NCBI GenBank assembly: GCA_051003195.1
Contig: JBPCLP010000021.1
Span: 250,016-314,015 of the forward strand
Direction of reading: 5' to 3'
DNA length: 64,000 nt
Source of the DNA: Candidatus Sumerlaeaceae bacterium
GTDB lineage: Bacteria; Sumerlaeota; Sumerlaeia; Sumerlaeales; Sumerlaeaceae
The translations under genes were made by a program, and so were the position numbers. Below, piece after piece: positions 27,717-37,076 of this stretch. How positions within the stretch are numbered: the stretch's first letter is position 1; every line of letters begins with the position of its first letter. A model generated the notes under the pieces. The model had not been told where the DNA came from and did not search any database. It saw only the letters and a program-made list of their open reading frames with translations.

Positions 27717-30026
27717 TCAGGGTACCGTCGTAAACTGCACCAGGCTGTAGGGCTGCTGGTCCGTGCTGATGACCCAGCGAGCCTTGGCGATGGCAGGGCG
27801 GCGCGTGAGACGATCGGGCGTGCTGCCTGCGTTGTCGCGCTGGGTGTTGCTCTCTTCGGGTGAGAGGCGGTTCTGCGCCGCGATTTCGAAGGAGCTGGAG
27901 CCTACCGTCACCTGGTCAAGCAATTCGGCAAGTGCCGGCAAATCGTTCGTAGAAAGCTGGGGGAAGAATTCCACGACGAAGTCGCTGACGTTGACGAAGG
28001 GCGACTTCTTTTCCTGGACGCGACGCAGGCGATAGGCCTCGAATTTCTCAAGCGCGTCCGGTGTCGGCCAAGTGGCTCCGCCAAGCTTCAGGTCGAGTCC
28101 CGTAAGGGCAACTTTCGCGCAGGTGTTGAGGTTCAGCTTTCCATATGCGAACGCGAGCGACGAGCTGAGCGACGCATCAGGCGCGGGGCTGGCCGGGGAA
28201 GTAGACCCGGAGGTCGTGCGCCGCTGCTGAGTTAGATGCCGGGTGTTTGCCGCGGTGCGGTTCGCGTTCTGCGATGTGCGACCGCCATTGCGGTTCTTCT
28301 GCTCCTGCGCGGCTGCCGCGTTCGCCTGTTCAACGGGCTGTGGAAGCAGGTTTGTAAACAGGTCCACGAGACGCAGATCGAAGTTTGTCCGCTCGTTGAT
28401 ACTGGTTAAGGCGTTCAAACCCGCGAACTGCCATGGGTGGCCACCTGTAAGTGATGGAACGAGGTTCGCCGGGCCTGTTGTGTCACCCACATAGGCGGTC
28501 GAAACCTGGAACAGATCGGCCGCGGAATGGAGCGGCTGGTTCCCGTTTTTCCATGAAGCACGAACCTGCTCCATTTGTGACCCGCCCGAACTGCTGCCTG
28601 GCTCAAACGGCGTCGCTTCGGCGGATTTTGAAACACGCAGTCGCGGATCTTCGCGTTGAAGGCTCACGCGCGTATCAAGCTGGCCCGGGCTGCCATACGC
28701 GAACGCATCGATTAGCTGGCCAGAATCATCGTACAACGCAATATAGCTGTCGCGGTCGGGCAGATTTAGATTCGCAAGCACCTGGAGCTTACGCAGCCCT
28801 TCGTCTTTTCGCGCACCAAAGATCGAGAGAAAACTGCCGGTACCCGGCCGAGCGCGTTCGTCGGGCTGGTCGTAGTTGTCGGTAAGGATCAGCGTTCCGC
28901 CCGGAGGCAATGACTGGTTGAGAGTCGCAGCCGGCGCACCGTTAATGCTCAACCGCCAGCCCGTCATCAGGATCGTCTTGTTCCATGGATTGGAGATTTC
29001 CACGAACTGGCCGTGGTCGCCTTCAGTGACGGGCGAGGTCGCATCCGGATACACCTCGGTAATCAGCGGCGTCTGTTCGGAGCCGAAAACGGTACGCCAT
29101 GGCTGTGTCGCTTGCGCCGACTGGTTCATCAGCGTGGGCGAGTGGTCGCTGTCCGCGAAATCCGCAACGTTTGCGGCGAACTGCATCTGGAGCGCCTGGT
29201 CTTTTTCCGGGAAAGCTTTTTTCAGGGCGTCATATACCGCCTGCGCAGAAATGTTTTCGAGCGTGATCTTCGGCAGCGACGTGCCGTCGTCCAGGTTATA
29301 AACCTCCGGGGATTCCGAGAACACCGTCAGGTAATTGGAAAGCGTACGCAGTTCTTCCTCGGTGAACAGCGGGGCAATGTTCTTGCCGGTTTTGCGCGAG
29401 AGTGACGCGAGGCTGTTCAGGCGTAACGTGCCATTGTCATTGGTGCGGCGCAGGTCGAGCCGTGCTGCGCTGGTCGATACCTTATCACCGCCGCGAAGCC
29501 TGAACAGTTCACGCGCCTTGCTCTTTGCATCCCCTGCAGAACTGGGCAGCACGCTGTCGATAAGCTTCGCCAGAGACTCCTCTTTGCGTATCGAGTTAAT
29601 GTTCACCCGACTGCTGAGGTCGGAAATCGAAAAGATCGCCTGGGGAGCATCCTTCATCGCGCCGGAGGGCAGCAACTGCGGATTGATGCCTTCATTGCGC
29701 AGCGTGCGCGAGTGGCCAGCGTTGGCGCCTGAATTGGTTGCCGCGGCTCGGCCTGCCTGTGCGGTTTTATTCCATTGCGATGGCGCCAGGTACCAGGGCT
29801 GAAGCGTGTTCGTGAGCCCATTGGCAGCGGCGGCTACCAGCGGAATGGCGGTGGGAAGTCCCGTGGCGGCCGACATTCGGGCCTGCGTAAGTTCAGCATA
29901 GTTGGCGCTTGCCTGCCCTTCAAGGCGCGTGCTGAAGCTGAGTGCAGCCCCAATCAGGAAGAGGATGGACAACATGGCAAGCACGAGGAGCAGAGTCGAT
30001 CCCCGGTTGCTACGTGTCCAAAACAT
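27717..30026 (-). CDS. GspK/PilX-like minor pseudopilin with internal lamin-tail domain and HhH-like segments
   Basis: RG|STLLLVLAML (no Glu5), ARMSA, DLSSRVNINS, LSNYLTVFS, ANVADFADSD; PLITEVYPD..GQFVEISNP..GWRL (LTD); C-terminal GKLNLNT..KVALTGL..PFVNVSD..TVGSSSFEI. Confidence 0.75.
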   Translation of the reverse strand: MFWTRSNRGSTLLLVLAMLSILFLIGAALSFSTRLEGQASANYAELTQARMSAATGLPTAIPLVAAAANGLTNTLQPWYLAPSQWNKTAQAGRAAATNSGANAGHSRTLRNEGINPQLLPSGAMKDAPQAIFSISDLSSRVNINSIRKEESLAKLIDSVLPSSAGDAKSKARELFRLRGGDKVSTSAARLDLRRTNDNGTLRLNSLASLSRKTGKNIAPLFTEEELRTLSNYLTVFSESPEVYNLDDGTSLPKITLENISAQAVYDALKKAFPEKDQALQMQFAANVADFADSDHSPTLMNQSAQATQPWRTVFGSEQTPLITEVYPDATSPVTEGDHGQFVEISNPWNKTILMTGWRLSINGAPAATLNQSLPPGGTLILTDNYDQPDERARPGTGSFLSIFGARKDEGLRKLQVLANLNLPDRDSYIALYDDSGQLIDAFAYGSPGQLDTRVSLQREDPRLRVSKSAEATPFEPGSSSGGSQMEQVRASWKNGNQPLHSAADLFQVSTAYVGDTTGPANLVPSLTGGHPWQFAGLNALTSINERTNFDLRLVDLFTNLLPQPVEQANAAAAQEQKNRNGGRTSQNANRTAANTRHLTQQRRTTSGSTSPASPAPDASLSSSLAFAYGKLNLNTCAKVALTGLDLKLGGATWPTPDALEKFEAYRLRRVQEKKSPFVNVSDFVVEFFPQLSTNDLPALAELLDQVTVGSSSFEIAAQNRLSPEESNTQRDNAGSTPDRLTRRPAIAKARWVISTDQQPYSLVQFTTVP

Positions 30027-30103
30027 GTCCCCACCTTCACGTCGCCCTTGGCGACATTATAATTTGACGACCTGTAAGCCGAACGGTGTAGCTGTGCGCA
30101 ACA

Positions 30104-30129
30104 GTCATTACCGTATCTTACGGAATGAC
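30104..30129. promoter_or_regulatory. Imperfect palindrome in divergent intergenic region
   Basis: GTCATT-A-CCGTA-tct-TACGG-AATGAC. Confidence 0.45.
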
Positions 30130-30234
30130 AGTGTATGACACTTACCGCATTTTGTAAACTGAGGGGTGTGCGCAAGCCTAAAGCAGGCGGGCACGTGCAG
30201 ACTCGTGAAACGGCAAGGAACCGGACCAGCTGCA

Positions 30235-30984
30235 ATGAACCTCGAAGAATACCATAAGATGCATGCGCTGGAGCGCAACTACTGGTGGTTCCAGGGTAGG
30301 TTGAAGGTCATCCTGACGGTTCTAAAGCAATATGCGCGGACCCGCTCGGGTGAAAAGCCGGTGATCCTGGACATCGGATGCGGCACCGGTTTGCTGCTGG
30401 AACACCTTGCGCAGATGGGAAAGGCGACCGGCCTGGATTTTTCACCTGTCGCGCTGGAGTATTGCCGCTCGCACGACTTAAAAAGCCTGGGTCGCGCGGA
30501 TGTTCGGCACCTGCCGGTCAAGGATGCTTCCGTCGACGTGATCACGGCGATCGACCTGGTGGAGCACATTAAGGATGATGTTGGCCTGATGGCGGAGTTT
30601 CAGCGGGTGCTGAAGCCGGGAGGAGTGGCCGTGCTCTCCGTGCCGGCACACAAGCAGATGTGGAGTAACCATGACGTGGCACTGCACCATTTCCGCCGCT
30701 ACGAGAAGCAGGAGTTCCTGGAACTGGTACAACGCGCCGGGCTTCGACCGAAGAAATTCACGTACTCCATGGCCACTGCGTACGTGCCCGCACGCATTTT
30801 TCGCAGTGTGAAAAAGTTCCTGTCCAGCGAGGGCAGCGAACCGCGCACGGATGAATTCCAAATCCCGCGCCTGCTCAACTTTGTGCTGAAGAATTTTGTG
30901 GAGCTTGAGGCGCGCTGGCTTCCGCACGGCAACCTGCCCCTTGGATTGTCTCTACTATGCGTGGCCGAAAAACCAGCAGCTTAA
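30235..30984 (+). CDS. Class I SAM-dependent methyltransferase (glycan-cluster type)
   Basis: WWFQGR, ILDIGCGTG, DLVEH, RVLKPGG, HD..LHHFRRY; ATG at 30235. Confidence 0.9.
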   Translation: MNLEEYHKMHALERNYWWFQGRLKVILTVLKQYARTRSGEKPVILDIGCGTGLLLEHLAQMGKATGLDFSPVALEYCRSHDLKSLGRADVRHLPVKDASVDVITAIDLVEHIKDDVGLMAEFQRVLKPGGVAVLSVPAHKQMWSNHDVALHHFRRYEKQEFLELVQRAGLRPKKFTYSMATAYVPARIFRSVKKFLSSEGSEPRTDEFQIPRLLNFVLKNFVELEARWLPHGNLPLGLSLLCVAEKPAA

Positions 30985-31020
30985 CAAGGCCACCGCGCCA
31001 TTAGCTCCCGTATCGTATTT

Positions 31021-32847
31021 TTGATCTGGGTTTTGATGCTTGGGTTGTGGGCATTACAGGTGCGATGGCCTCAACTTGGTTATCCCGGCAGTGGGGTGGT
31101 GCAGTGCTGCACGCTGGCGGGACTCGTGATTATAGCCGCACTGCCGCGCAAGGGCGAACCGGGGAGCAATTCGGCGGCATGGCTGGGAGCTGCGTTCTTC
31201 ATCTACCTCGTAGTGCGGTGGCTCGCGGCCGGAGCGCCTTCCGTTGGAAACGACGGGTTCGGCACGTTATCTCAGGCGACCGCGTGGGCGGCAGTGAGTT
31301 ACTGGCTGCGGAGCTCTGCCGAGGGCGACCTGCGGCGACGAATGGATTTCGCATTGTTGCGAATCATTGCCCTGGTCGCGCTCGCCTGCGGAATTCATGC
31401 TTTTGCGCAGTATTTCTGGATCTACGATCGTGCTTACGCGGCGCTGCAGGAAAGCATTGGGACCGCTCAACCGACGCCATTGCAGGTGGGATTGCTGCAC
31501 CACTTTCAACTAAGACGGGTTGCCTCGGTATGGGGTGATCCGAACATCCTGGCGGGATTTTGCGCGATGTCGCTGGCGGCGTCTGGAACCCTGGCGAGCG
31601 GATTGTTCTCCCGGGGCGACGGTGAGCCTGCAAAGCGCGTAAGGATCTTCGACGGTGTTCTCGGGATCTCCGCTATCGCTGCCGCGGCCGTCGCCATTAT
31701 ATTATCGGGATCACGCGGTGGCATGCTGGAAGCGGTGGTACTGATCGCGGTTGCGTTGATTTGGGTTGTTATGCGGAGGCGAAGTCCTCGTCACAATGCG
31801 GGCGTTGCCATTCTGTTTGTTTGCACGCTGCTTGTTACCACTCCTGGAGTCCCGCAGCCGCCTGAGTCGCACACTCAGTCCGCATGGACCTGGCGGAGCA
31901 ACACGATTGCCGAACGGGCGAATTATTTCCACGTGGGTGCAGCCATGTTTCAGGAATCACCGGTGTTTGGGCTGGGTGTTGGCAGCGTTGATCTGTACTT
32001 CGGACGATTTAAACCGCCACAGGCGAGGGAATCGAAATACCTGCACAATTGGGTGCTGCAGTTGCTTGCCGAGACTGGGCTCGTGGGATTCCTTCTTGGC
32101 AGCGCTTTCCTGGTTGCGCTGTTCTGGAATGGCGCACGAAGAAGCGAGCTTCGCAGTCCCGGGACACGGGCGGTGTGGATCATTGGTGCGTTGTTTGTCC
32201 TCGATGCGCTCGTGCAGCTATCGTTTAATCATCGGGAGATGATGGCGCTGTTCGGAATCTGTGCCGGTGTGCTGCTCGCGAATGGCTCACGGCCGAAGGC
32301 CGGGCGCTGGGTTGCTGAATTGCGATGGGGATTCGCCGGCGCACTGGTGCTCGCGATGGCAATATTCGTAATGCCGGCCTTGAAAGCGTTACATTATCGC
32401 CAGCAGGCCACCGACATGATTGAGCAAGGGCGCGCGGCTGAAACCGAGCATCTGCTTCGCACAGCACAAAACTGGGAACCGCGAAACCCCGTAAACTATC
32501 TGCGGCTGGCGCAGTCGAAAGAGGCCGCAGGGCAGCTTAGTTCGGCGAGATTGCTGGTGGAGGAAGCGTTAAAGCGACAGCCTGAAAGCGCTGCTGCGCA
32601 TGCGGCTCTCGCGACGGTGCAGCAGAAACTTGGCGAATGGAAAGCCGCCGAGTCTGAGCTTCAGGAAGCGTTGCAGAGATATCCCGCAAATGCGGCCTAT
32701 AATGGACAGATGGCGCAACTGCTGGTGCAACGCGGGCGTAAAGCCGAAGCTTTGAAATACGCGCGCAAGGCGGCGGAGTTCAGCCCGGGTGTCGCCGGAG
32801 CAGAGCATTGGCCCGCTTTTTACGAAGCGCTGAAGAGCAGCAAATAG
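31021..32847 (+). CDS. O-antigen ligase / O-oligosaccharyltransferase-like (Wzy_C) membrane protein with C-terminal TPRs
   Basis: Multiple TMs, RVASVWGDPNILAG, SGSRGG, PVFGLGVG, HNWVLQLLAETGLVG, about four TPRs; start uncertain. Confidence 0.85.
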   Translation: MIWVLMLGLWALQVRWPQLGYPGSGVVQCCTLAGLVIIAALPRKGEPGSNSAAWLGAAFFIYLVVRWLAAGAPSVGNDGFGTLSQATAWAAVSYWLRSSAEGDLRRRMDFALLRIIALVALACGIHAFAQYFWIYDRAYAALQESIGTAQPTPLQVGLLHHFQLRRVASVWGDPNILAGFCAMSLAASGTLASGLFSRGDGEPAKRVRIFDGVLGISAIAAAAVAIILSGSRGGMLEAVVLIAVALIWVVMRRRSPRHNAGVAILFVCTLLVTTPGVPQPPESHTQSAWTWRSNTIAERANYFHVGAAMFQESPVFGLGVGSVDLYFGRFKPPQARESKYLHNWVLQLLAETGLVGFLLGSAFLVALFWNGARRSELRSPGTRAVWIIGALFVLDALVQLSFNHREMMALFGICAGVLLANGSRPKAGRWVAELRWGFAGALVLAMAIFVMPALKALHYRQQATDMIEQGRAAETEHLLRTAQNWEPRNPVNYLRLAQSKEAAGQLSSARLLVEEALKRQPESAAAHAALATVQQKLGEWKAAESELQEALQRYPANAAYNGQMAQLLVQRGRKAEALKYARKAAEFSPGVAGAEHWPAFYEALKSSK

Positions 32848-32849
32848 CA

Positions 32850-33737
32850 ATGAGCACAGCCACTTTGACCATACGTTCGCCCGCCAAGTTGAACTGGTAT
32901 CTTCATGTGCGTGAGGCACGGGAAGACGGGTTTCATGACCTTGAGACGGTTTTCCAGGAGTTGGATCTACACGATGACCTGGTCTTTGAATCTGTGGGCG
33001 GAACCGAGGACTGCGAGATTCACGGGTTTCCGCACGACATCCCGCACGAAAGCAATTTGATCTTTCGGGCCTGGAAATTACTCCGCGACAGCTATCCGGG
33101 GAGGGTCAGCGGTATTCGGGTGGAGGTCAACAAACGGATTCCGCGAGGTGGCGGGCTCGGCGGCGGAAGCAGCAATGCTGCAACGACCCTGGTCGCTCTT
33201 GACGCTTTGTATCAGCTCAGCTTGCCGAGCCATGTGCTGGAATCGCTCGGGAGCGAGCTCGGGAGCGATGTGCCGTTTTTTATCCGCGGGGGAACCGCGA
33301 TCGGGCGTGGCCGGGGCGAATTGCTGGAATCGCTGCCTGCCTCTCATCAATTCCACCTGCTCCTGCTGTTCCCGCCACACGGCATCTCGACCAGTGAAGC
33401 TTACCAGAGGCTGGACGAGCTTGGCACAAGGAGGGAATCTGTTCATTCGATAGAGGGGATACAGCGCGCCCTGTTGATAGGAAACCCGTATCGCCTGGCA
33501 GCGGCCATTCACAATGATTTTGAGCCTGCAGTTCAAAGCGAACCCTGGTTCCGCGACAGCGTTTCTGCTCTTGACCGGGTGGGTTGCCTGCGCGCGTTTC
33601 TGTGCGGCAGCGGTTCGACCGTTGCGGGTTTAGGGAAGGACAATCATCATTGTGTTGAAATGTCTGAACGTTTGTGCAATATACTTCCTTACACTCAAAG
33701 CGTGACCTGCACGCTGGCCGGTAGAAGAACATCGTAG
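32850..33737 (+). CDS. ispE: 4-diphosphocytidyl-2-C-methyl-D-erythritol kinase
   Basis: PAKLN, DGFHDLETVFQ, KRIPRGGGLGGGSSNAA, LGSDVPFF, GRGE, NDFE, GSGS. Confidence 0.96.
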   Translation: MSTATLTIRSPAKLNWYLHVREAREDGFHDLETVFQELDLHDDLVFESVGGTEDCEIHGFPHDIPHESNLIFRAWKLLRDSYPGRVSGIRVEVNKRIPRGGGLGGGSSNAATTLVALDALYQLSLPSHVLESLGSELGSDVPFFIRGGTAIGRGRGELLESLPASHQFHLLLLFPPHGISTSEAYQRLDELGTRRESVHSIEGIQRALLIGNPYRLAAAIHNDFEPAVQSEPWFRDSVSALDRVGCLRAFLCGSGSTVAGLGKDNHHCVEMSERLCNILPYTQSVTCTLAGRRTS

Positions 33738-33771
33738 TCCGGTAAGCAGTCGCGACTTCAGGGAGGACATC

Positions 33772-34092
33772 ATGAGTACGTTGGATATTACCGGTATCAC
33801 CATCCGGCCCTATACCGCCGGTGATGATAAACTGAAGGCATTTGCCTCGATCATCCTCAACAACGCGTTCATTATTAAAGACCTCAAAATCATCGAGGGA
33901 AATAACGGGCGTTTTGTGGCGATGCCGAGCAGGCGCGGAAAAGACGGGATCTTTCGCGACGTTGCGCACCCGTTGAACCAGGAAACGCGGGAAGTAGTTG
34001 AGCGTGCGGTGCTGACTGCCTACGAACAGCAGAAGGCGGCAGGCTTCCCGGATGCTGCCTACGCCGACGATGAGCCCAGCTACCAACGATAG
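33772..34092 (+). CDS. spoVG: SpoVG-family nucleic-acid-binding protein
   Basis: LKAFASI, LKIIEG..GRFVAMPSR..DG.FRDVAHPLNQETR; RBS GGAGG. Confidence 0.95.
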   Translation: MSTLDITGITIRPYTAGDDKLKAFASIILNNAFIIKDLKIIEGNNGRFVAMPSRRGKDGIFRDVAHPLNQETREVVERAVLTAYEQQKAAGFPDAAYADDEPSYQR

Positions 34093-34115
34093 TCGGCGCC
34101 AGGCGGGCTATCGGG

Positions 34116-36302
34116 TTAATTGAATCGGTTCTTATCGCGCGGGTCAGATTTCGCCGGCACAAGCTGTGGTGCAAGATCAACCCCGGAGCCGCCGATGCCG
34201 CCATCGATGGCGAACGGTACACGCTGCTGCCGTACCACCTCGCGGCTTTGCTGTTGCGTGTTATAGTCTCGCTGTAGCTCCCGCGCGCGTGACAGCAACT
34301 GGTCGAGATTTAACGGTGGCAGTTTAGCCGTACGGAAGCTTTCCTCCCCCCCAATTTTGTAATCGAAAATTCCGACGCTGGGTGTTATCGTCATTCCTTC
34401 TTCCGCCAGCTCGCCGTTATTGCGGTTGCCGTCGACGTATTGCGGCGCAAGCCCCAGTTGAACCGCAACCGTTGGGTCTTTCTGCAGCATCTTGCGGACC
34501 AGGAGAATGGAATCGTCGGCTATATTCGGCGCGATCCTGGAAAGCTCTTTGCCAGCCGATTTCTGCACAACTTTCGAGTCGGGGAATTTTTGCGCCAGGT
34601 CCAGGAGGAGGTTGCGCCGCTCCGTAAGCACCGCGGTCTTCATTGCCCGTTCGAAAAGCGAAATAGCCTGCTTTTCATGCAGCTTCGCCAGTTGTTCAGC
34701 AGTGGCCTGGCCGGTTTCCGCCAGGTATTCTTCGGAACGAATATAGTCGCGGGATTTTTTCGCCAGGTCGGAAAGTTCTGCCGCGATTGCGCTGCTGCGC
34801 GAAGAATTCGGATATTTGCGAAGGTAACGTGCTCCGGCATCAATAACAGGATCCACGTCCACAGTCGAGCGGAACTGCTCGGTAATTGCGCGCACCGCGA
34901 CGTCTGCCCCGGCGAGCACTGGTACGCCGGACGCAGCCTGAGCGCCTTGCTGGATTGTGGCGCTGCCAACCTGGTAGGCGGTGTCTTCCGACGTGCGGTT
35001 GCCGGTCCAGTAATACTTGCGTCGTTGCGCGGCAAGATCCCTGAGTGCCTGCTCGAACTGATCATCCAGGTTATAAGCCGGGTTGGCGAGAGTTGCGGCC
35101 GCCGCCCGGGCGCCGGCAGTACCCGGCGCGTGCCGCTGGATCTCGGCGAGCTGCTGCAGCGCACGATCATGGCGTCCTTGCGATTCGGTCAGTGCGGCAA
35201 TACCGACTGCTATGGAATCCCGCACATTGCTTGGGCTCGCCTGCGCCCGCGAGAGTGCGGCAGCATCAGCGCAGGCAAGCGCCCGGCAAGCTTGCGCCAG
35301 CATGCTGGCATCTTCATCTCCCATTTCCTGCTCCGCCCCACCCACCGACATCGCCACGCTTTGCGCATCTTCGGCGCCAATGCGCAACGCACGCGCGTTG
35401 CGCAGCAGTTCACTGGTTTCGCGGTCCTCCGGTGCAAGAATCGCAGCTTTCTCCAGGTGGAATTCTGCCGTGTCGTACTCCTGTTTTTTCAGGGCGAGCT
35501 TCCCAGTGGCCTTTCCGCGCACTGCACGATCTGCATTTAACTTTGTACGAAGTTCCGCCAGCAGCAGTTGCACTTCAGCCGACTCCGGTGCATCGGGGTA
35601 TTTCCTGAGAAAGTTGGTGGCCAGGTAAACCATCTTGCGCTCACGGTCGGTTGCCGGTTTTGCCTGGCGGATGCTGTAAATGCCGTCCCAGATCAGTTGA
35701 ACCGCTGCGCGTGGCTGCAACATGATGAGCTGACTCAGGCTGGTGGACGCCCGGTTGAAAACGCGCGTAAACTTATTAAACCGATTTTGCCCTTCGACCT
35801 TATTTAACTCATAAAGTTCATCCGATAGCAGGGACATGAGGATGCGCGTGCGCAGTTCCTCGCTGCCGGCTTCCGCGGCTGCAATCTCCTGGCCAGCAAG
35901 AAACTGTTCGCGGTCGGCAAGTGAACTGTTGAAGAGATACAGAATTGCATCACTGCTCCGAAGCGGGCGATTGTCCGCGCTGGCCTTTTCCCGCTCAATG
36001 GCCTGGTAGTACGTCAGCCGCAAGCGTTCGCGGTCACCCGCAAACATCGCCACGAGAGCTTCCTCCGCCAATGGATCGCTTTCCACGGGCGCGACATATT
36101 GTTTGGGCTCATCCGGCTCGCGCGTTTTTTGCACAGCCGCAGAGTGGATGAATGCTGGATATGTTGCGACTCCGGCAGTTAGCAAATAAAGGCATATGGA
36201 TCGGCAGAAACTCATATTACGGCAACAGGCAGATTTTTCCGCCAGTCCAGCAAGTCGTGCAATAGAAGAATGCACCCACGGGCGGCAGGCGAACCGGTTC
36301 AA
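34116..36302 (-). CDS. Large exported TPR-like hypothetical protein (start possibly 36218)
   Basis: Long ORF, signal-like segment, BamD-like helical repeats (FLRKYPDAP, YLRKYPNSS, QKFPDSK). Confidence 0.65.
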   Translation of the reverse strand: MNRFACRPWVHSSIARLAGLAEKSACCRNMSFCRSICLYLLTAGVATYPAFIHSAAVQKTREPDEPKQYVAPVESDPLAEEALVAMFAGDRERLRLTYYQAIEREKASADNRPLRSSDAILYLFNSSLADREQFLAGQEIAAAEAGSEELRTRILMSLLSDELYELNKVEGQNRFNKFTRVFNRASTSLSQLIMLQPRAAVQLIWDGIYSIRQAKPATDRERKMVYLATNFLRKYPDAPESAEVQLLLAELRTKLNADRAVRGKATGKLALKKQEYDTAEFHLEKAAILAPEDRETSELLRNARALRIGAEDAQSVAMSVGGAEQEMGDEDASMLAQACRALACADAAALSRAQASPSNVRDSIAVGIAALTESQGRHDRALQQLAEIQRHAPGTAGARAAAATLANPAYNLDDQFEQALRDLAAQRRKYYWTGNRTSEDTAYQVGSATIQQGAQAASGVPVLAGADVAVRAITEQFRSTVDVDPVIDAGARYLRKYPNSSRSSAIAAELSDLAKKSRDYIRSEEYLAETGQATAEQLAKLHEKQAISLFERAMKTAVLTERRNLLLDLAQKFPDSKVVQKSAGKELSRIAPNIADDSILLVRKMLQKDPTVAVQLGLAPQYVDGNRNNGELAEEGMTITPSVGIFDYKIGGEESFRTAKLPPLNLDQLLSRARELQRDYNTQQQSREVVRQQRVPFAIDGGIGGSGVDLAPQLVPAKSDPRDKNRFN

Positions 36303-36961
36303 GCCATTTCAACGACTGCCTTCACCAGCTTCTCGATGCCGGTAAACACATCGGCCGGCCCTTTGTCGTACATATATGCGGGAGTCGTCACAATGCGGTT
36401 CTTCTTATCCACCACGAAGTCGCGGACGCTACACTCCTGGTGCTGGCCTCCGAGTGTTTCGAGATCCTTTGCCGTCGCTGTGTCATTGCCGATCGTCAAA
36501 GTCGGGCAAACGGCGGTGCCTTTGAATGCTGCGGCAACTGCCATTGGCGAAATACAGATGGAGCCGATCACTTTTCCGGCCGCATGGAATTCCCGCAGCA
36601 CTCGGCCGACGTCCTCGGCCACTGTCGCATTGCAGCCCTCCCGCGCGTAGCTGCACAGGTTCTTTGCGGCTCCGTAGCCGCCCGGCATAATGAGGGCATC
36701 AAAATCGGCCGCTCGAATTCCATCGAGAGGCTTGATTTTGCCCCGGGCGATGCGTGCCGCTTCAACAAGGATATTCCTCTTTTCGCTGGTGGGTTTGCCG
36801 GTTGCGTGGTTGACCACTTCTGCCTGCTCGGCATCCGGCGCGCAGCACGTCACCTCGGCGCCTGCCTGGTCGAGTGCCAGAAGCGCAAAAGATGCTTCAT
36901 GTATTTCCGAGCCATCCATTACACCGCATCCCGATAGCAATAGGGCCACGCGCTTTGCCAT
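36299..36961 (-). CDS. elbB: ElbB/ES1 (DJ-1/PfpI) glyoxalase
   Basis: LLSGCGVMDGSEIHE, EAARIARG, PGGYGAAKNL, CISP, TTPAYM; RBS GGAGG. Confidence 0.93.
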   Translation of the reverse strand: MAKRVALLLSGCGVMDGSEIHEASFALLALDQAGAEVTCCAPDAEQAEVVNHATGKPTSEKRNILVEAARIARGKIKPLDGIRAADFDALIMPGGYGAAKNLCSYAREGCNATVAEDVGRVLREFHAAGKVIGSICISPMAVAAAFKGTAVCPTLTIGNDTATAKDLETLGGQHQECSVRDFVVDKKNRIVTTPAYMYDKGPADVFTGIEKLVKAVVEMA

Positions 36962-37076
36962 GAAGTTCCTCCAGGAGTGATGTGGTAAAATGGCCAGGAC
37001 GACAGCCAACGTCAAGTGACGGATCGATTTGCGAAGCACTTGCATACACCGGGTAGCTTATGTTGTAAGTGAATGC

